Of a stretch of DNA of 49,738 nucleotides, positions 45,947 to 49,738 are shown in pieces. A model generated the notes under the pieces. That model worked only from the letters and a program-made list of their open reading frames with translations. It was not told the origin of the DNA and did no database searches. Where the stretch lies: the NCBI GenBank assembly GCA_015056105.1, contig SVGX01000004.1:1-49738 (forward strand), written 5' to 3'. Both the position numbers and the translations under genes were made by a program. This DNA comes from Clostridiales bacterium. Lineage in GTDB: Bacteria > Bacillota > Clostridia > Christensenellales > CAG-138. How positions within the stretch are numbered: position 1 is the first letter of the stretch; each line of letters starts with the position of its first letter.

Positions 45947-48900
45947 GCAGCGCGATGCCATTACCCTTGATGGCAATCTGCTCGTCAGCGCGGCGGCGGG
46001 CAGCGGCAAGACGGCTGTTCTGACAGAACGCTTTGTGCGCCTTGTGACGGAAGGTGCTTCCATCGGGGAATTTCTTTGTGTGACATTCACCACCGCCGCG
46101 GCGGCGGAGATGAAAAAGCGGGTGGAAAAACGGCTTACTGCGGCGGCGCTCGCCGCGGAGGATGAGGCGCTTCGGGAGCGGCTTTTCACCGCTGCCCGGG
46201 ATACGGTAAGGGCAAATATCTCCACCATGCATGCCTTCTGCACGGAGGTGCTCCGGCGCCATTTCCACGAAGCGGGGCTTGACCCTTCCTTCCGCGTGGC
46301 GGACGAAGCGGAGATCCGCGTGCTCAAACAGGAAGTATGGGATGAGGTGGCGGAAGCGCGCTTTGAAAGCGATACCGGCACGTTTCAGCTGCTGCTTGAA
46401 GCCCTTTCCCCCCGGGAGGAGGAGGCGGCGGAAGAGATCCTGAAGCTTTATGATTTTATCCTTGCGCAGCCTGATCCCTTCGGGTGGCTGCGCACTGCCG
46501 CAGAGCGGTACCTTGCGGATGAGGATGCCCTCGCAGCTTCTCCCGCCATGGCGGAACTTGTAAAAAACGCAAAGCGGATCCTGCTTGCGGCGGCGGACCG
46601 GCTGCAGGGGCTCCGGGATGCTTATGCGGCAGAGTCGCCGAAAACGGCGGCACAGCTTGATGAGGAGATCATGGCGGTCCGGGGTCTTGCGCTGCAGGAA
46701 GGGTATGATGCCTATGGGGAAGCGCTGCGGCTTTTCCCCGGCTTTGCGCGCATCAGCTGGAAAGGGCTTGCGGAAACGGAAAAGGACAGGCTTTCCAAGG
46801 CGCGCGAAGGGCTCAAAAAGCTGATTCGGGAACAGCAGGAGATGTTCGCAAGGCCCCTTGCCGATGCGGCAGCGGAGCTGAAGGAGCAGTATCCCCTGAT
46901 GCAGGAACTGTACTGTACGGTGGAAGCGCTGGACAAGCGTTACCGCGAGGTGAAATCCGCCCGCTCCGTGATCGATTACAGCGATATGGAACATATGGTG
47001 CTCAAGCTGTTCCGGGGTGATACCGCAGAGGAATACAGACGGCGCTTCCGGTACATTTTTATCGACGAATATCAGGATTCGAACCCGGTGCAGGAGGAGA
47101 TCATCGCCGCCATCGCAAGGAAAGAGGGGCTCTTCCTTGTGGGGGATGTCAAACAGTCCATCTACCGTTTCCGCATGGCGGAACCCCGGCTGTTTATGGA
47201 TCGTTATGCCCGCTACAAGGCGGAGCGGGGCGGGAAAAAGATCGACCTTAACGCCAATTTCAGAAGCGCACAGCGCGTGGTGGATGCGGTGAACGGCATC
47301 TTTTCGCGCATTATGAGCGCGGAGGCGGCGGAGATCGAATACGACGGTGCGGCTGCCCTTGTACACGGCAGGCAGGATGGGGGTATTTCCGGCGCGGCGG
47401 AGCTGATCCTTGCGGATATGCGTGCCCTTCCCGCCGGGGCGGAAGCGGATGAAGAGGGGGAGACTCCCTTTGATACGGATGAGGATGAGCGCCCCGACGC
47501 GGTGGAACTGGAAGCCGCCCTTGCGGCGGAGCGCATCCACAAACTGATGGAAACGGAAATGATCCCAGACAGGGAAACGGGGGAGATGCGCCCTTTGCGG
47601 TTTTCCGATTTTGCGGTGCTGCTTCGCTCTCACAAAGGCGTAGCGGGCATCTGGACGGAAACGCTGACGGCTTCCGGCGTGCCTGCCTATGCGGAGCTTT
47701 CCGGCGGCTTCTTCGATGCGGTGGAAGTGCGCATCTTTATGGATCTTCTTCGGGTGATCGACAACCGGCGGCGGGATATCTCTCTCGCGGCGGTGCTGCG
47801 CTCGCCCATCGGCGGCTTTACCACGGAGGAGATCGCCGCTCTTCGGGTGGAATACGGCAGGGATGAAAATGGCGAAATGCCCGCCTGTGCGGATTCCCTG
47901 ATGAAAGCCGCCCGGTACGATACGCCCCTTGGCAAAAAGGCGGAAAAGATACTTTCCGATATTTCCCGCTGGCAGGATCTTTCGCGCCTTCTTTCCGTGG
48001 AGGAACTGTGCGGGCATATCCTTGACGAAACGGGCTATCTTCGCTTCCTTACGGCGCTGCCTTCCGGCAAACAGCGCGCGGCGAATATGGAAGCCTTTAC
48101 GGAAAGGGCACGGCTTTACGAGCGAAGCGGCGTCAGAAGCCTTTCTTCCTTTCTTTCCTTTATGGAAAAGGTGGTCGGCACAGGCACCCTCGGCGCGGCG
48201 GAGACTGCCGGCGCGGATGTGGTGCGCGTGATGAGCATACACAAAAGCAAGGGCCTTGAATTTCCTGTGGTGATCGTGGCGGGTCTTGCAAAGAAATTCA
48301 ACCGCCGCGGGGAAAGCGCCCTGCTGACGGCGGATGGTGCCCTCGGCATAGCGGCGAAGTACGAGATGCGGGGCATACGGCAGGAAAGCGTTTACAGAAA
48401 GGCCATCGCCGCAAGGATGCGCATGAAAAACCTGGCGGAAGAGATGCGCGTGCTGTATGTGGCCATGACCCGCGCAAGGGAAAGGCTCATTCTTCTCTCC
48501 GCGCTGCCGAAGGCGGAAAAGGCGGTAAGGGAAGCGGGGTTCAGCCTCAGCCGGGCGAGCGTGGCAAACGCCGGCAGCTTTATCGATTGGATCCTCGGCG
48601 CGGTGATGGCAACGGAGGATGGGGACATCCTGCGAAAGCATTACGGCATCCCCTGGAAACCTGCGGCGCCTTCCATGGGCATCGATGTATCCCTGCGCGC
48701 CGCGGCAGGCAGCGCCCTTCTTGATCACAGGATGACGGAAGGGGCATACGCCCGCTTTGTCCGGAGCGCGGAAACGGGAGGGGAAGATTACCGCTGCCTT
48801 TTTGAAAGCGCCTATGCGTTTGCGGCGGATACGGTGATCCCGAGCCGCGTGAGCGTAACGGGGCTTGCGGGCAAGGAGATCAGCATGGCGGAAGCACCGC

Positions 48901-49436
48901 TTTTTGCCGCAAAGGACGCAAGGTTCACCGCGGCGGACCGGGGCACGGCGGTGCATACGCTGCTTTGTGCCATACCCCTTGCCGTCCACAGCACTGCATC
49001 CATGAAAGCGGAGATCGACCGGCTTGTACACGCGGGCATCCTTTCGCCGGAGGAAGGGGCGGCCATCCGCCCTTACCGCATTGCATCCTTCTTTGCATCG
49101 GCAGTGGGCAGGCGGCTCATTGCGGCAAAAGAGGTGCTTCGGGAGCAGGAATTCAATTACCGGGTCAGCGCAAGGCGGCTCCTCGGTGCGGATACGGATG
49201 CGGAGATATTGCTGCAGGGCGTGATCGACTGCTGCTTTATGGAGGATGATGGTTGGGTGCTGCTTGACTACAAGACGGATTATGTGCCGGAAGGCACGGA
49301 CCCCCGCCTTGCGGCGGCAAAGCACACGGAGCAGCTGTTCCTGTATGCGGAGGCGCTTCAGGCGCTGACGGGAAAGCCGGTGAAAGAAGGCTATGTGTGC
49401 CTGCTCAACATCGGAGAAAATGTGCGGATGCTGTAA
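45927..49436 (+). CDS. addA: ATP-dependent helicase/nuclease subunit A
   Basis: AAAGSGKT, DEYQD, VGDVKQSIYRFR, HKSKGLEF, YVAMTRA, GVID..LLDYKTD. Confidence 0.97.
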   Translation: MTRWTNEQRDAITLDGNLLVSAAAGSGKTAVLTERFVRLVTEGASIGEFLCVTFTTAAAAEMKKRVEKRLTAAALAAEDEALRERLFTAARDTVRANISTMHAFCTEVLRRHFHEAGLDPSFRVADEAEIRVLKQEVWDEVAEARFESDTGTFQLLLEALSPREEEAAEEILKLYDFILAQPDPFGWLRTAAERYLADEDALAASPAMAELVKNAKRILLAAADRLQGLRDAYAAESPKTAAQLDEEIMAVRGLALQEGYDAYGEALRLFPGFARISWKGLAETEKDRLSKAREGLKKLIREQQEMFARPLADAAAELKEQYPLMQELYCTVEALDKRYREVKSARSVIDYSDMEHMVLKLFRGDTAEEYRRRFRYIFIDEYQDSNPVQEEIIAAIARKEGLFLVGDVKQSIYRFRMAEPRLFMDRYARYKAERGGKKIDLNANFRSAQRVVDAVNGIFSRIMSAEAAEIEYDGAAALVHGRQDGGISGAAELILADMRALPAGAEADEEGETPFDTDEDERPDAVELEAALAAERIHKLMETEMIPDRETGEMRPLRFSDFAVLLRSHKGVAGIWTETLTASGVPAYAELSGGFFDAVEVRIFMDLLRVIDNRRRDISLAAVLRSPIGGFTTEEIAALRVEYGRDENGEMPACADSLMKAARYDTPLGKKAEKILSDISRWQDLSRLLSVEELCGHILDETGYLRFLTALPSGKQRAANMEAFTERARLYERSGVRSLSSFLSFMEKVVGTGTLGAAETAGADVVRVMSIHKSKGLEFPVVIVAGLAKKFNRRGESALLTADGALGIAAKYEMRGIRQESVYRKAIAARMRMKNLAEEMRVLYVAMTRARERLILLSALPKAEKAVREAGFSLSRASVANAGSFIDWILGAVMATEDGDILRKHYGIPWKPAAPSMGIDVSLRAAAGSALLDHRMTEGAYARFVRSAETGGEDYRCLFESAYAFAADTVIPSRVSVTGLAGKEISMAEAPLFAAKDARFTAADRGTAVHTLLCAIPLAVHSTASMKAEIDRLVHAGILSPEEGAAIRPYRIASFFASAVGRRLIAAKEVLREQEFNYRVSARRLLGADTDAEILLQGVIDCCFMEDDGWVLLDYKTDYVPEGTDPRLAAAKHTEQLFLYAEALQALTGKPVKEGYVCLLNIGENVRML

Positions 49437-49542
49437 AGGGTTGACGGAAAGGCGGCTTCAGCTGGTATAATGGCAGCGGAAGGAACTTTTGAACGAAACC
49501 GAACCATATAAACCAAAATATAAAAACGGGAGAAAGACGATC

Positions 49543-49738
49543 ATGGAAAAAGCAAAGGTGTTTTTTACGGATTTCCGTACGGTGGGCGCTGATGTGAGCC
49601 TGCCGAAGAAGCTGCAGCGGCTGATGCGCCGTGCCGACATCGGCAATATCGATATGGAGGGCAAGTTCGTTGCCATCAAGATGCACTTCGGCGAGCTTGG
49701 CAACCTCGGCTACCTGCGCCCGAACTATGCCCGCGCCG
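49543..49738 (+). CDS. DUF362-family Fe-S protein, 3'-truncated by the window edge
   Basis: My translation: MEKAKVFFTDFR...FVAIKMHFGELGNLGYLRPNYA; TGGTATAAT extended -10 upstream. Confidence 0.8.
   Translation, partial: MEKAKVFFTDFRTVGADVSLPKKLQRLMRRADIGNIDMEGKFVAIKMHFGELGNLGYLRPNYARA

Overview
The window looks like chromosome from a moderately high-GC Clostridia-type bacterium (Bacillota). The taxonomy is inferred from AddAB, DnaD/DnaC and sigmaA/Shine-Dalgarno style. Most of it is housekeeping and peptide/amino-acid metabolism: serS (partial), M32 carboxypeptidase, PepF, M1 peptidase, OadB/OadG-like subunits, two MATE pumps, a Mn riboswitch with mntP, a LIV ABC operon, an ornithine-cyclodeaminase-like gene, and thpR-addB-addA. 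The stand-out feature is a compact, apparently intact ~8.5 kb phage-virion operon at 13180-21692. It encodes a putative scaffold, an N4-gp56-family major capsid, podovirus-type adaptor and nozzle, a putative ejection protein, a BppU-like fibre anchor with fibre genes, an NlpC/P60-SH3 lysin and a holin. No terminase, portal, integrase or repressor gene is recognisable, and its codon style resembles the host's. It is preceded by a near-consensus sigmaA promoter with a LexA-type (Cheo) box in the spacer and a leader terminator. This makes it a candidate SOS-controlled, domesticated podovirus-derived particle system (GTA-like), although a decayed prophage is not excluded. A second notable signal is a Leu/Val/Ile-rich 64-codon leader ORF plus terminator ahead of the liv operon, suggesting ribosome-mediated attenuation. 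All family calls come from motif recognition by eye; no database searches were run.
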